Positions 26,671 to 40,375 of a DNA stretch of 64,000 nucleotides are shown piece by piece. The stretch spans positions 36,520,001 to 36,584,000 of the forward strand of contig NC_087437.1 in the NCBI RefSeq assembly GCF_036321535.1. The letters run 5' to 3'. The position numbers and the translations under genes were made by a program. Origin of the DNA: Camelus dromedarius (taxonomy: Eukaryota). The stretch's first letter is position 1, and each line of letters opens with the position of its first letter. The notes under the pieces are model-generated. The model had not been told where the DNA came from and did no database searches. It worked only from the letters and a program-made list of their open reading frames with translations.

Positions 26671-27711
26671 TTTGTCATCTAGACCAGCAGTATTGTTCCA
26701 GACATTCTAGGGAGAGAGGAGTGAGCTAACATTTAATGAGTTATCATTATACAATGATATTCAAAATCAATAAAAATCTCACCTATAAATTTTATAGCTC
26801 TTAGTTCTCCATTTTCTCCAAATATTTAGTTTATTCATGTTATCCTCTGTGCTTGGCACTCTGACAGTCATTAAAACAGCATGTCCTACACAACTCACAG
26901 TCTCAGCCCATGATTCTCTGGGAAGATCTTACTCTGTTTTATGAATACACAGTCACCTCAGTGTTGTTCTGTCCTTAGTGTGGGAAATAGCAATAGAGAA
27001 AGGGTAGATCATTACAAGTTATTTATAAAATAAAGAAATTACAAAGCACAGGAGTTAAATTTGCCAAAATTCTGGGATTAGGATACCCAGATTATTTAGC
27101 TCCATTAAAATCAGATTGTGTTTATATCCAGCATATTTCATTTTAACTGAATGCATGAGGTACAGATGTATAAAGAAGTAAAAATATAAATATTTCAGAA
27201 ATTATTTTCTTGAAGTGCAACTTTCAATACTATTCCATTAAAATGTTCCATGTTCACTTTATCTAGAATGGGCATGGATCTCTTACAATTTCAGTCAGTT
27301 TCAGATGAAACATCAGGGGAAAGGAGGGGCTAGAACTAGAAAAAAATCTTGTTTAGGAAACTGGCTTTTGTCTTGGCTCAGAAAATATGACTGTCTGGAT
27401 CACTGTGTGACCTTTGATCACATTTATTCATTAATTCAACAAGTGGTTATAGACTTACTGCTTTGTTTCAGTTGTTACACATAAACACACACACAAGTAT
27501 ATGCCTAAGCACCCTCACATATATGTAGCAAGGGATAGTTGAAATTAAACAGATAAAATTAACTTCATTTAGTGATAAGTGCCATAAATAAAATAAAACA
27601 GAGTGAGAGAGTAAATGGTGGGGTAAATTGTGATTATATTAAGTGCAGTGTTCATGAAAGGCATTTCTAGGTAGGTGATAACTGAAAAGAGAATGGAAAA
27701 TAAAGTGATCT

Positions 27712-28070
27712 GTGATGTGGCATGGAGCTAGACTTTATTTCCCACCATCCCTTATAGGCAGAGAGGTCATATGACTAAATTTTGGCCAACAGAATGTGAG
27801 CAGTATTAATGCAGATCTTCTCCAGGCTTAGTCCTTGAAAACTTCCGGAAAAATCAATTTGGCGTATGCCTTTCTCCATCTTCTAGCTGAACAGAGAAAT
27901 TCTGATTACCTATAGGCTGGAATCATAAGGTGGAAGATTCATGAGTTTCTGAATGGGAAGAATTCCTTCATCTACCACGGTAGAACCACAGATATGTAAA
28001 AAATAAACTTTTTGTTACTTTTAGCCAGGGATATTTTGATACATTATTTTGCCTACTCAGATAAATACAA
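27712..28070 (+). mobile_element. Old MaLR LTR (MLT1-type) within L2 remnants
   Basis: gtcatatgactaaattttggccaacagaatgtgagcag; aataaac; ends ...aataca. Confidence 0.65.
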
Positions 28071-28074
28071 ATAT

Positions 28075-28250
28075 TTGTATGTGAACTTGGACAAGTTAAC
28101 TAACTATTCCATGTCTTAGTTTCCCCATTTTGAAAAGGGGTTTATAATAGTATATTCCTTTGAGATTATTGTAAGGATTAAATGAGTTAATGCGTGTACA
28201 ACATTTAGAGTAGTGTCTGGTACTTAATAAAGTGTTAAGTAAGTTTGAAC
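28075..28250 (+). mobile_element. MIR
   Basis: MIR core gtgaacttggacaagttaac...gtaaggattaaatgagttaa. Confidence 0.8.
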
Positions 28251-29461
28251 ATTTTTACTGGTATCTTAGGGAATAGAGTTCATGGATGAGAATGCACCAA
28301 AGATAGAGAGTCTAAGGCTCAATAAGCTTGTTGTAAAAGGAAGGGTATAATGAGAATAAAGGGAATGATAGATGAGTTCAACAATTAAGACTGAGGCCAA
28401 GTCTGGTAGAGTCTTAAGGACTCAATTCAAAGATAGTGGAGATTTTTGAATATGGGAATTTATGGCTTACAAATGTCAATCTCACTTTGGGGTGGAGATC
28501 AGACTCTTTGGAGGTGATGTTGGGAGAAATAAAGTCAGTCTTTTGGTTATTGCTAAAAGACAGGTGAGAGATGATGATGCTTAGATCAGAATGGAAGCAG
28601 TAGAGATGATGTAGTGATCAATACAATGCAGTTACTAGTAGTACTACATATTCTTCCACATGCTCTACAGTCTATCAGTCAACAGGGTTTAATTAAATAA
28701 CTGCTACATACCAAGCACTCTACTCTATATAAAGAAATAGCAATGCATTTATAGCAAAAGGAGGCAGTATATAGGATCTATATGCACCAGGTGCTTTATA
28801 TGAGTCTAAGAATAAATAAAGAACATAATTCTTGTTTTCAAGGTATGTTCAGTCTGGCAAAAAGTGACAATTTGGTAATTACAAAGCCAAAGAGAAAATA
28901 GTATGCTAGCAGTTGGAGTGAGGTTCAGAGAAATACAGGAGGGTACCAATCTAGCCTGGAAAGTTCCAAGATTTCCCAGAGATGTTTATACATAAGATTA
29001 AATTGAAGGACAGACTCTGCACTATAATTATTCCTCTTTAAAATGAATAATCAAGATTTGATTGAATGATGTTTAGAAACAAGCATATTTAGACATTTGT
29101 ATTACCATTTTTAAGTTCTTTGAGGAAAGGGCAAATTTGTACTTCTTTCTGTTCTCACACAGTGTGGTGGCTAGTAGAGTGATTGCTTTATTATTTGATG
29201 AATTGATGCACTTGACTCTGAAAGCAGTCCATATTCTTGGGCATAACAAGTTTTTTCTTCCCTCTCTCTTATCAAATTCCTTCTGGCAGGTCTTTTACTT
29301 TATCATGGATAATGGATTCTAGCAGTTAAATACAGCAATTTTTGTCCCAAGTTCAGTGCAAGCCCTAAAGTGAATAATATTTAACAAGGGAATAAATTGT
29401 GGATTTTTTTCCCTGTTGTACTTGGGAAAGATGGTTATTCATATTCTTTCAGATCTACAAA

Positions 29462-30412
29462 GGATTCTGGGTACTTTTGCCTAAGCCTCTTTGTAGCAAA
29501 GATTTTCACAGCATAATTGTTTGACGGAAAGGCATTTTTGCCAAAGGGAAAAAGAAATAACAGGTTGACAGTTTGGTTTTAACTGGTTGACAGTTTGGTT
29601 TCATTTCTTCATTGACACAGTACACTCATTTTTGTATTACATAAATCTTGGCTTTCATAATGGTCTATATAGTGACCACCTTAAAAAATAGTGGATGATA
29701 ATAATTATGTACACTGACTTGATAGAAAATATAGTCATAAAACTTGCTGGAAGTGTGAAATAAGTGAGTATAAAGCCAGATTGCATATTATACTAGAAAC
29801 TGATAACATATCAGTTTGCAAATCCTTTGGTGATTTGAAGGTGCAGAGTTGAATCTACATTTCCCACAGAACTTTGGAACATATGTCAATGGACGTGTAA
29901 CAAAATGCCAAGAACAAACAACAGTTCAGAAATGTTCACAGTGCAATACACAGCTCAGTTACATATATGCTTCTTAGTATTTGGAAACTGATATCTCTCT
30001 TAATGAAGAAAGAAATTTTAGTGAAGAAAGAAAACTGTGATGTCAAAAAAGAAATTGTGATGTTGAATCAACAAGTCAAAAAAAATACATATAAAATACT
30101 ATGAACAAAAGGTGTAGAAGGCCAGTGATTAGATAAAATTAAAAAAAAAATCAGTGATTTGCACAGTATTACCATGAATCTACATATATTTTACATGTAT
30201 TCAGGTATTTTGGATTTCACACTAAAGTTCTTTTTTCATTTTTTTATTCATTTTTCATGTTTCTTTATGTCCTTTTTAATGTCCCTCTTTTATTTTTTGT
30301 TATTTTATCTTTTATGGCAAATTGTCTCATGGCCAATTAGTTATACAGCAGAAATACTTGCAGCAAAGAGGTTTATGGCAAAGATCCTTATGGTGAAAAT
30401 ACTGGACATGCT
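29462..30412 (+). mobile_element. MULE/MuDR DNA transposon remnant (Ricksha-like)
   Basis: Translation FPTELWNI...MPRTNNSSE/HSAI...IWKLISLLMKKE resembles a MULE transposase C-terminus; degenerate inverted termini. Confidence 0.7.
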
Positions 30413-33237
30413 ATGAACAGAATCAGGTTGAATAATGAAAGGAATTTTTATAGGGGTGTGATAGATTCATTTTCTTAGATAAATAAAATGCAGAATGTTA
30501 AATAAAAGAGAAAATACAATATAGAGGCTAAATTATTATTTTTTTTAATAGAGGCTAAATTAAGAAGCATTCAGGAATTTCTCATTATTTTGAGTTGCTG
30601 TAACTGTCATAGTAGAATGGCTTCATAGAGAATGAGGAGGTGTTCCACAGAGCTTAGCACACAAGTACTTGGGAAGACTGTTATATTAAGCAATTTAGGT
30701 ACATAATCAATTCTCAAACATTATCACAATTTTTTATTCCTTCTAGATGATAAACTTAACTGAAAATATTTGAAAGAAAATGAAATGTTTCACAAACTAG
30801 AAATGTTCAAAAGTTTAATTTTTGATTGATATTGTGTTCTATTATTTAACATAGTATGTGTCTGAAAAAAAATGAGGAGGATTCTTTGCCAGTAAAAAGC
30901 CAAAGACGTTTCCATAAAAATACTAACCTCTTTAGATGATCTATTTCCCATTTTTATATATCTACTCTAAATTTGACTTCTAGTATTTAAGAACATTGCA
31001 GGGGTTCCTATGATCTTTGTGATCTTGGGGAAATTACATAAAATCCTTAATAAAATGGAAATAATAATCATATCAACCTCATCACGTTCTTATGAGAATT
31101 TAAAAAGACATGCAGATAAAAGCATTTATCACTTTGCCTGGCTTATAGTAGATCTATTGATTAATAATAAAAACTATTCATGTACTCTTAGGCAAAATAG
31201 TAAATTAAGTACTTTCAGTAAATTAGACCAGTATTTTTTAACTCAGGATATGCATTTGATACACATGGAGACTTTCATTTTAAGGCACACAATCTGGACC
31301 ACCTCTTACCTACTGTTTTGTAGTTGCTGCAGGTAGCAGGGACCCAAAATTAACAACTGGTATTCTAGGTCATTTTTAACCCATATACTTATTGTTAAGC
31401 CCCAAGATCATAGGAGCAGATACAGAAACAATGTATTTCCTGAATCATCTTTATGCTTCCTTCTTAGCAATCAGTTTTATATGGAGATTGACAAATTACA
31501 TATACACATATATTTTCATGACATTTAGAGTTAGTGTGGTAAATTGGACATAAGATGGATTTTAAATAAACCTGGACCTAATCCCTGCTTGGCCACAAAT
31601 TAGAAATAATTATTCTATCTTCTTTGACTTTAGTATTCTCAAGAGCAAAATTTAAAAATATACATATTTTTTAAAGAATTAGATTAGATTACATACATAA
31701 ATTGATTAGATTAGATTACATAGAACAGTCTTGTTTCAGCAGTAATTTAAAAGCATGACTAGTCTCTTTCCCTTTCTCCCATCTCTTTGAATCCAAGCAT
31801 TATTACTTCTCAACTGCATATCATTGGCAAATCTTTTATTTAGTTTGCATACGCAGTTAGAAAGACCACAAGTTTCTTGTAGCAAATTAAACAAAGTGTT
31901 TAAATGTGATTTTGTAAACCACGATAAACTGAAAATTACTATTTTAATGTCTATTACATATATGTATTTGCATTTGGTAAAAGTTCTGTAAAAATTACGA
32001 AGAATTGGTCATAATTAAGATTAAATTACATTTACACTAAAATCTGAGCTTCATAATGCTCTTACTTTCCCCCATCTTCTTGATTCATAATTCTAGAAAC
32101 ACAATACCAGACATTTTTCTGAATCTTTCAACAAACAAAACATCCGAGGTTTAATGTTTTATCCCTTACAATGCTGCATGTGTTACTTTCTTTAATATGT
32201 ATTACATATCTCTTGTTTTTGAAATTAATGTTCTGGATAAAAATCATGTAGATTATACAACGTATTAAGCATATTTTTCTGTGAGTATATAAAGTTAGAG
32301 TTATAACTCTTAATAGCTCCTCATGGAAAATTGCTCAGAGTGGTGTCTGATAGACAATGTACTATAGTTAATGAAAAGTCTATGATAACTAATTTTCAAA
32401 TTTGGCTTATCCTATACAGAAGGGAAAAAAGGCTAAAAGCGAAAAATGGAACACTCCACATACCTCCATTCTTCAAAGAGCAAATGAAAAACCACCAATC
32501 TAAAAACTAAAAGTGATTACAATTCTATGTGGCTAATTGAGAGCTTATGGAGTTTGAATTTAAAATGAATATAATCATAGTGAAATTGTTCTATTTTTCA
32601 TGGGGAATGAATGGGTAACTATTTTCCAGAAAAAAAAATTACTTTTGGGATATATTTTAGCTTGAGAAAATTGAGATAATAAAACAAAAGGAAAGGCAAA
32701 ACATTAGGTTTACTACAAGGCAATATTGATTATTGAGTGAACAGTGATACTTGAAAAGGAATATATGCCGATCCAAATAGACACACTTTTCTATTTGTTG
32801 AACAATGTCTTATTGATTAGATACTATACATTCTCTATATCAATTGCTTGATTAAAAGAAATTTAGTATTCATAGCGTCGGGCATTTAAAAAATGAAAAA
32901 GGAAACATGACTTTCTTAGGTGCTAAGAACAAAGAAGAGAAGGAAAGTCTCATCAGTCATCCATTTATCTTTGCCAAATCCCTTTGTCTGTAGGCAGGTT
33001 ATGCTCACCAGACCACACTTGCTTAGGAAAAAATTGGCTGGCTACGAATGAGATCACAAGCACCATTCTTAGACATGAGTTTTCTGATCTTGGTCACCAT
33101 TGTGCTGTTATTTGGCTAGCATTTAATTCCATTTGAATCTTAACTTGTCATCCCCCAAATCAAGATACTCATCTCATCAGCTCTGCCTTCTATGAGAGGT
33201 TAAACTTTCTATATTCTGTCCTTTTCCTCATTGGTTG

Positions 33238-33709
33238 TACCTACTAAAGAATGTCACTTGCAAACTGGCTCTACAAGAACTGAGTCATTAGGCATTGCAG
33301 TCCTGACCTTCAACATACCCTGAAAAGAGTTCAGGGTGGTGATCAGGAATGAGACACTTTGTGTTCTGGAAAAACTGGTAGAACAAGCCTACAGATAGTT
33401 AGATATTTTCGAGAGAAAATTTTATGAACCCGATTTCTTGTATGTTTTCATACTTAGAAGAGCACTAAAATCATTAACTAAGATTTCTGTGCTTGCATCG
33501 TGACTAGCAATAACCTTCTATAGAGATACATGTTTGATTGCACATACCCCTTCTCCAAAATCACATATGTGCTGACCTCCCCACTTATCTCTTCAGAAGC
33601 TATCTAAGAGATATCTGAGAGCTATCTCTCAGACTATAGTTCTCAGTAACTCCCCAAATAAAACTGAAACTCACAGCTCTCATGTTCTGCGTTGTTATTT
33701 CAGTCAACA
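33238..33709 (+). mobile_element. ERV1-class solo LTR
   Basis: aataaa then ...tttcagtcaaca end; likely TSD GTTG (33234-33237 and 33710-33713). Confidence 0.8.
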
Positions 33710-34917
33710 GTTGCTATCTATAGGAAATAGATCTGAACCTTCCAGTTCAACTCCTCATGGCCTTGTTGCCAGTGCTAATAGCTTGTCTAACATACCTTAT
33801 CTGGTGAATGCAAAATTATTTAAGAAGTTAGTATTATTAGCCATAGTATTATTTACTATAAATTATTTCTCCTTCTGTACATTTTCTTTACCTATATTTG
33901 GCATTTTTTCAAGGAGGGGGATTTAAAAATAACAAGCTTTGGTGAACAAATATCCATGCACAAGCTGACATTTCCTTTCTTGCCTACCCTTAGCCCTGCT
34001 ATGATGATCACACAGTGTTCTAACAAATGATTGTCATACCAGTATCTTAATGTAGATTAATTATTCTTCTTTGCAATCTTCCCAGGATTGTTTCTGCCTC
34101 AGTTTATAGTATTTTGCTGTTCTGTTTATAACGTACGTACCTTTTTATTATCCTGAAGAATTTTTACAACACTTTAAAGAAAATAAAATGCATTGTCTGT
34201 TTATGAGTTACTTTTCATTTCTACTGTTTTTATGTTGTCTTGGCATCTTTTTATCCATCTTTTTATTTATTTACTTAATAAACTTTAATTTAATTCTTAC
34301 AAATGGTATGAAGTACAACTGATTCTTTCCCCATTTCCTTTCTATTGTAGATAGCAGAAACTCTTTCTCATCTTTACATATCCTTTTAATTTGTTTTGTA
34401 TGTGAGAGGCTTTCAGATCAATATGTTCTTTTCTTTTAATTTTCTATTGTTACTTAGTTAATCTTTCCTCTGTAGCTAAGATAGTTTATTACATGTTAAA
34501 ATGGCACTAGATAAATATATGATAAAAAAAAATTCTGAAAATATGTCTAGGAGGGCACTAAAGGAGGCATGTAGTTAAGAATTCCAGGACAACTGTGACA
34601 TTGAAAGAGAAGGTTTGTAAATTGTGGAGAGCATCTATCTGAATGTTGGGCAAGAGCAAAGACAGGGGAAGTTTATTCCAGATGCTGGTGAGTTTCATGA
34701 ATAAAGAGCTAAATAGTGAGAGCTCAGTATTTTTACTCAGTTCCCAGGATTTCTAACTGTTATATGCTCTGGTAATATTTGTGTGCCTTTATCTGCAAGC
34801 AAGTTAATAAAAATGTATTGAAAGTATAGGAGAACCCTAAGAAATGAAGAAACACTTGAGATTTTTAGGAAAACAGAAATTAAGAAAGTTCTAAAGCCTA
34901 GGTAATAATTAATAGAC

Positions 34918-35315
34918 TGTCTCTTTATAAAACTAAGCAGGACCCTGCAGGGCCCTCCCAGGTACTAAGGCCCCTCTGTGTCTTTTGTTTCTTGTTTGTA
35001 GAAAAAGAATTTAGTCTCCTAGGCCTTCCGTGAGATCCAAGAAGTAGGTTCAAGAGTTACTTATTAGGGAAGTGAGGGAATGCAGAAACAAAGGAACAAT
35101 AGTTCAGTGATCAGAGTCTCAGTTCCTCTTTAAGGAATATAGATAATAATCTGATGCGTATGTTTGAATTGTTCTGCAGAAACTAAGGTCCCCACCCAGG
35201 TGAAAAATGATGAATATATGTTAAGCACAAGCATGTAGACCCCAGACTTGTTGGAACCACAAGGTTTATGATTAAGATTCCTGACACACTATCCTGTTAA
35301 CCTCACCACCTATCA
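34918..35315 (+). mobile_element. Truncated ERV1 LTR (same family as 38139-38905 and 39810-40375)
   Basis: Reverse-complement similarity to those copies (gaatgcagaaacaaagga; ttctgcagaaactaagg). Confidence 0.8.
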
Positions 35316-35695
35316 GAAGAAAGAATTTTTAACAAAGAGAGTTACTTGGAAGAGCAAAACAATTGGTATTTAGACATTTTGGTATTATGTGCAAAATATG
35401 TAGAGTTGGAATTTAGAAATTAGAGTTCAAAGATTGACTGTACAATCTTCTTCATTTTAAATATATTGGAATTGAGTTTCAAAATAACTAAATCACTTGC
35501 CACATCCACACAACTGTGTAATGAAAAGGCAGAAATAGATATTAAAATTTCTAATCTATATTGGCTTATCTTTCTCCTCCTTTTGGTTCTCTTAGTTCTC
35601 TTCTGTCTTCTCATACAGTACAGAACTGATAAGATGAATATCTTAGTTTGGGGAAGATTCTTTCAAGACATTATGTGAAATTGTACATTTGCAGT

Positions 35696-36195
35696 TGTTA
35701 CAGGAAAATGGGGCACAAGAGGATGGTCATGTCTCAGGTCTTGGGTGAGTCCCTGAGATGCGCCCCACCAAGTGAGAGTCTTTGGCTTTACACAGGAAAG
35801 AATTCAAGAGTGAGCCATGTGGTAATGTGAAAGTAGATTTATTCAGGGAGATACACACTCCATAGACAGAGTGCAGGCCATCTCAGAAGGCGAGAGATGA
35901 CCCTAGGAGATACACTTTCCATAGGAAAAAATGAGATCCATTTCAGAAGGGAGAGAGGCCCCAGAAATATGGTGTCACCTAGAAAGTTGAGAGCAGCTTT
36001 GAGGTGTGAGGGTGATTAGTTTTTAATGGGCTAAATAATATTATATCCTACAAGTGGAAGGATTATTCCAACTATTTTGGGGAAGAGGTATAGATTTCTA
36101 GGAATAAAGCCCCTGCTCACTTTTTGACCTTTTATGGTTACCCTTAGAACTGTCATGGCACCTGTGGATATGTCATTTAGCATGTTAATATGTTA
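35696..36195 (-). mobile_element. Truncated ERV1 LTR
   Basis: tgttacagg terminus; minus-strand AATAAA; LTR-like body. Confidence 0.75.
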
Positions 36196-37483
36196 GTTTT
36201 GGATATATCTACCCAGGAATTAAGTCATGATGTTATATATTTAGGTGGATAATAATATCACTACTACAAAACAAATACATATGAAGACTATAAATAACAA
36301 TAACCACCAAAAATTAATCCAGTATTTTAGGAAATAAATCCTTAATAAATGATTTAATCATTGAGTTATTCATTCATATTTATTATTATAAATTCCCGTA
36401 TCATATTCTAACACAGTATATCATAAATGCTGGAGTAGATGTGGACAAAACATGTATTATGCATTGACAATATTAGTACTGATTTATTTAGTGCAACACA
36501 AGATTAATTAATCATTGAGAATAATTAGAGTTTTTGAAGATTCACTAATAAATTCAAGAATATGTGGATAAGATCTAGAAATGGCAGAATACAATGTTAT
36601 AAAAGGTTTAGAATGACTTAAAATATAGTTCTATGTGTACAGAAGGTATCTTGAAACAGTATTTTTACTCTTCTGATTGAATTTTAAATAAATATAGCAA
36701 ATCAACTGATAATTTACAAAAATATCCAAACAATTACCCTATCCCAAGATACCTGATGATATTTAATTTTATCTTTGATATCTCATTTATAAGTAAATTT
36801 GATTATACTTTGATCTAAAATTTACATTATTAGACAACATTTTGTGAAATCAGTGAACTATTTTCTTTATTAGACAGCTCTGCATTTTGGAAAAAAATTA
36901 TCTTCATAATTTTGACTCACTAAATTCTCTTGTTTAATAAAATTCTAATTTCCAAATCTTTTAGTCTTAAAAGGTTATTATGCAAAGGGTAAATATTAAA
37001 AAATTACCCATTTGAAAGCAAATGGAAGAGATCAATAATGTGGCAGCTTTCTATGTAGAAAATATAAAAGTAACTTGGAATTTGGAATTCATGGGTTTTA
37101 ATTCTTCTACTGTGGATTTTGTAATCTTGAATAAATCACTTTTAATAAGAACCATAATCTGTAATATAAAAATATTAATGATGAACTTAGTTGTATTTTT
37201 TTGGTTGCTTTGTATCAATAATGTATGAGACATTGCTGGTAAAATGATGATGATGTGTACCAGCTACCTACAGTTGTAAAGGTAGTTTATGTTATTATTA
37301 GACTCTTGTCAAATTTCAGTGCAGAGGAGTAACTTGATTCTGCCCATAATTTTTTTCTCACCAAAATGGTTCTGTTAATTACATGAATAAAAACTGCATT
37401 TAGGTCCAAAGAGCCATTGTTTTCTTTAGGAGCCATAAGCTAACTGAGAAGTGTAAGATTAGTCTTTCAAATTCAAGACCCTG

Positions 37484-38905
37484 TGTTACTGTCGCCGATA
37501 GATGTAACCAGTGTTCCAGGTTCTTGTCCCGTCCCAGAGATAATTCAGAGACAAGACTTAGAGGTTAAAAAGGTAAAGTGAGGATTTATTAAAGGATGGA
37601 TAGTACACTCTCAGGGGAGAGTGGGCAGGCTCAGGTGAGCAGCTGCCCTGAGTTTCTTTGGCAAGTTAGTTACATAGGGTGTATAAATGAATGGGTGGAA
37701 TATTCATTGGGGAGGGAAGGGTTTGGGGTCGTATTCCCTGATTATCATCCCAACTCCACCTTCCTAAAGGGAGGAGGGATTTTTGTCCTTATTTAGTCTG
37801 GATCGGAAGTGTCATGGCGTCGGTGCATGATGAGTACTTCTGATCTGCAAGGCTAATTTTATTGAAATGAGGGCATAATGAGTAAAAGGTTACATTTGGA
37901 CACTGGAAATTCCTGCCTTTTCTGACCTTTCTTTGTTGGTCTTCAGGCCAAAAGGTGTGGCCCCTTATCAGCCCAAAGAGTCCAGCTTTTCTTTCTCTGC
38001 CCAGGGATCCCTGCTGCTCACATGATGTGTGGTTTTCTGCATTTGGCCTGTGCCCCTCCTTTCTGCCCAATTCCTGCCATTTGGTCTGTGTCCCCCTTTC
38101 TCTGTTCATATCTAGCTATCTGCCTGCTCTAACATTACCAGGCTAAACTTTGGGTCCTCTCACCTGGGCAACAAAGCCAATTTACTGATACCAGGTTGGG
38201 GTGAGGGAAAGTAAAGTGTTTATTGCAGGCACTAAGCAAGAAATATGGGTACCCAGTGCTCAAAAGACCTGAACTCCCAGATGGTTTTCATGGAAGAGTT
38301 TTTAAAGACAACATTTGCAGGTGAGGGCTGCAAGATGTATGCCTTTCTTCTGACAAGTTGGTAGTGAGGTGATAGGTTGGTGTGTTAGGAATCTTAATCA
38401 TCAACTTTCTGGTTCCAGCCAATCCGGGGTCTTCATGTTTGTGCTCAGCATGTAGTCACCATCCTCCACCTGGTGGGGAGAAATCTTAGTTCCTGCAGAA
38501 GACTCAAGGATATACATCAGATTGTTACGTATACCCCTTGAGGAGAAACTAGGACTCTGTTTTATCACTGAATTTTTGTCATTACTTTTCTTATTTAACT
38601 GCTTTTCCTTTGTTTCTGCATTTTCTCACTTTCCTACTTAGTAACTGCCTGTTCCTGCTCTTTGGAACTCAGAGAAGGCCTAGGATATGAAAGACTTTTT
38701 CTACCAACAAGAAACAGGGACCACAGAGAGGCTTTTGTACCCAGGAGGACCCCACAGGGTTTACTCTGTTTGCATCCCCCCTTTTCTTTGATACTCCTCA
38801 ATCTTGATGGGAAGAGGTGTGGACAAGGGAGGGAATAAAGTTTCGGATAAAAAGGTTAATCACAAATTTGGCAGAGGAACTCAGGTTTAGGGGGGCTCAG
38901 TTTCA
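37484..38905 (-). mobile_element. Older ERV1 LTR (37484-37489 + 38139-38905) split by a younger LTR
   Basis: Starts tgttac and resumes caggctaaac after the nested insertion; ends ctcagtttca. Confidence 0.8.
37490..38134 (-). mobile_element. Young ERV1 solo LTR
   Basis: TG...CA termini; TSD TTAC (37486-37489 and 38135-38138); many retained CpGs. Confidence 0.9.
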
Positions 38906-39124
38906 TCTCCCTTCCTTTTCTGAAAAGTAAACATGTAAATGATATTTATTTCTTCCTATTAAAACATGGCCCACGTAAATTTACCCATGCTTTACAAATT
39001 CTCTTTGTTCATAGGTGGATTCATTAGATTAGTTAAAAAGTAACTAGACAGAGAATATAATAAAAAGTTAAATACAGAATTTTCAGTTTAAAAAGTCTCT
39101 TCTGCTAAAATGCCTTATTCATCC

Positions 39125-39602
39125 TGTTGACTGAAATAAATGCGCAGCCTAAAATTTAAGAGTTGTTTTATTTGACGGGAGGACTGGAGCCAGAATGACA
39201 GCCCCTCGGATTGCTCTGAGGGACTGCTCCAAAGAGGTGGGGGAGGAACTAGGATATATAGGAGCTTTACACAAAGACCAGGTAGTTGAAACAATAAAAG
39301 ATTACTTGTTATCTAAAGAAAACCAGGCATCTCAAGTTAAAGAATTTAGTGCTTTTCTATGTATGGGAGGAAGCAAACACTTGGGCTCACTGAATTCATT
39401 CCTTTGACAAGCACCTAGCTATCTAGGGCCAGTATCTTGTGCTTTCTTATTCTGAATCCCCTCAGGGTGCACCATTGTGAGTGGCTGCAGAGACTGGGCT
39501 GCAGGCTTGTCCTCACTAGGTGGGTGGCGGCAGCGGCTGATGACTTGATGGCTTCAGCATTGTTTGTTTATTTACATGCTTTGCAGTTTTTTTTCCTTCA
39601 CA
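39125..39602 (-). mobile_element. ERV1 solo LTR
   Basis: TG...CA termini; TSD ATCC (39121-39124 and 39603-39606). Confidence 0.9.
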
Positions 39603-39809
39603 ATCCCAACAGGTTTAACTCAGAATCCCTCTATTTCTGCAAAGATTGTGACTTGTGTTTAGCTGTCTTTTAATGTGAGAAAGGAAAAAAAAAAACCACA
39701 GATGAATCTCGTATTACTGGTATCAAATAATGTTTTCAAATTTTTATTCGCCTCTTTTGAATATATTTTACTTTTATTTTCACAAAGTATTATAATTAAC
39801 TTTTAATTT

Positions 39810-40375
39810 TGTTACTGAACAAAAGTTCGTGTGCCTGATGTTCAGTGAGGCCCCAAAAACCGAAACATCAGAGTTCGTAGCAGACAAAGATTTATTGCAG
39901 GTCCAAGCAAGGAGAACGAGTGGCTTGTGCTCAAAAACCCTGAACTTCAGATGGTTTTGGGGAAAAATGTTTATAGGCAAAATTTGGGCTCAGATCACCA
40001 GGGTGTATGACTTCCTGCTGATTGGTTGATGTTGAGGTAACAGGGCTGTCTTCCAGAAATCTTGTACTCAGCCTGAAGTTGCCATCCTCCATCTGGGTGG
40101 GGGCCTTGGTTCCTGCAGAAGAACTCAAAGATATTTTTGTGTATATTCCCTAAGGAGGAACCAGGACTCTGCCTCAAGGCTGCACTATTGTTTTATGACT
40201 GTTTCTCCCTTGTCTGTGCATTCACTCCCTTTCCTGATAAGCAGCTCTTTGAATCCGCCCTTTGGAACTTGGGGAAGGTCCAGGAAGCTGAATGAAGCCT
40301 ATTTCCTACAAAAGAGAAATTCAGGATAGAAAGAATTTGTACCAGGAGGACCCCACAGGATCTTGCTCCCTTTTA
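39810..40375 (-). mobile_element. ERV1 solo LTR
   Basis: tgttactg start; TSD ATTT (39806-39809 and 40376-40379). Confidence 0.85.

Noticed and set aside
577..39606. Two LTRs sharing the TSD ATCC as ends of one provirus
   Set aside because: The LTR sequences differ and each has its own complete TSD pair; coincidence.
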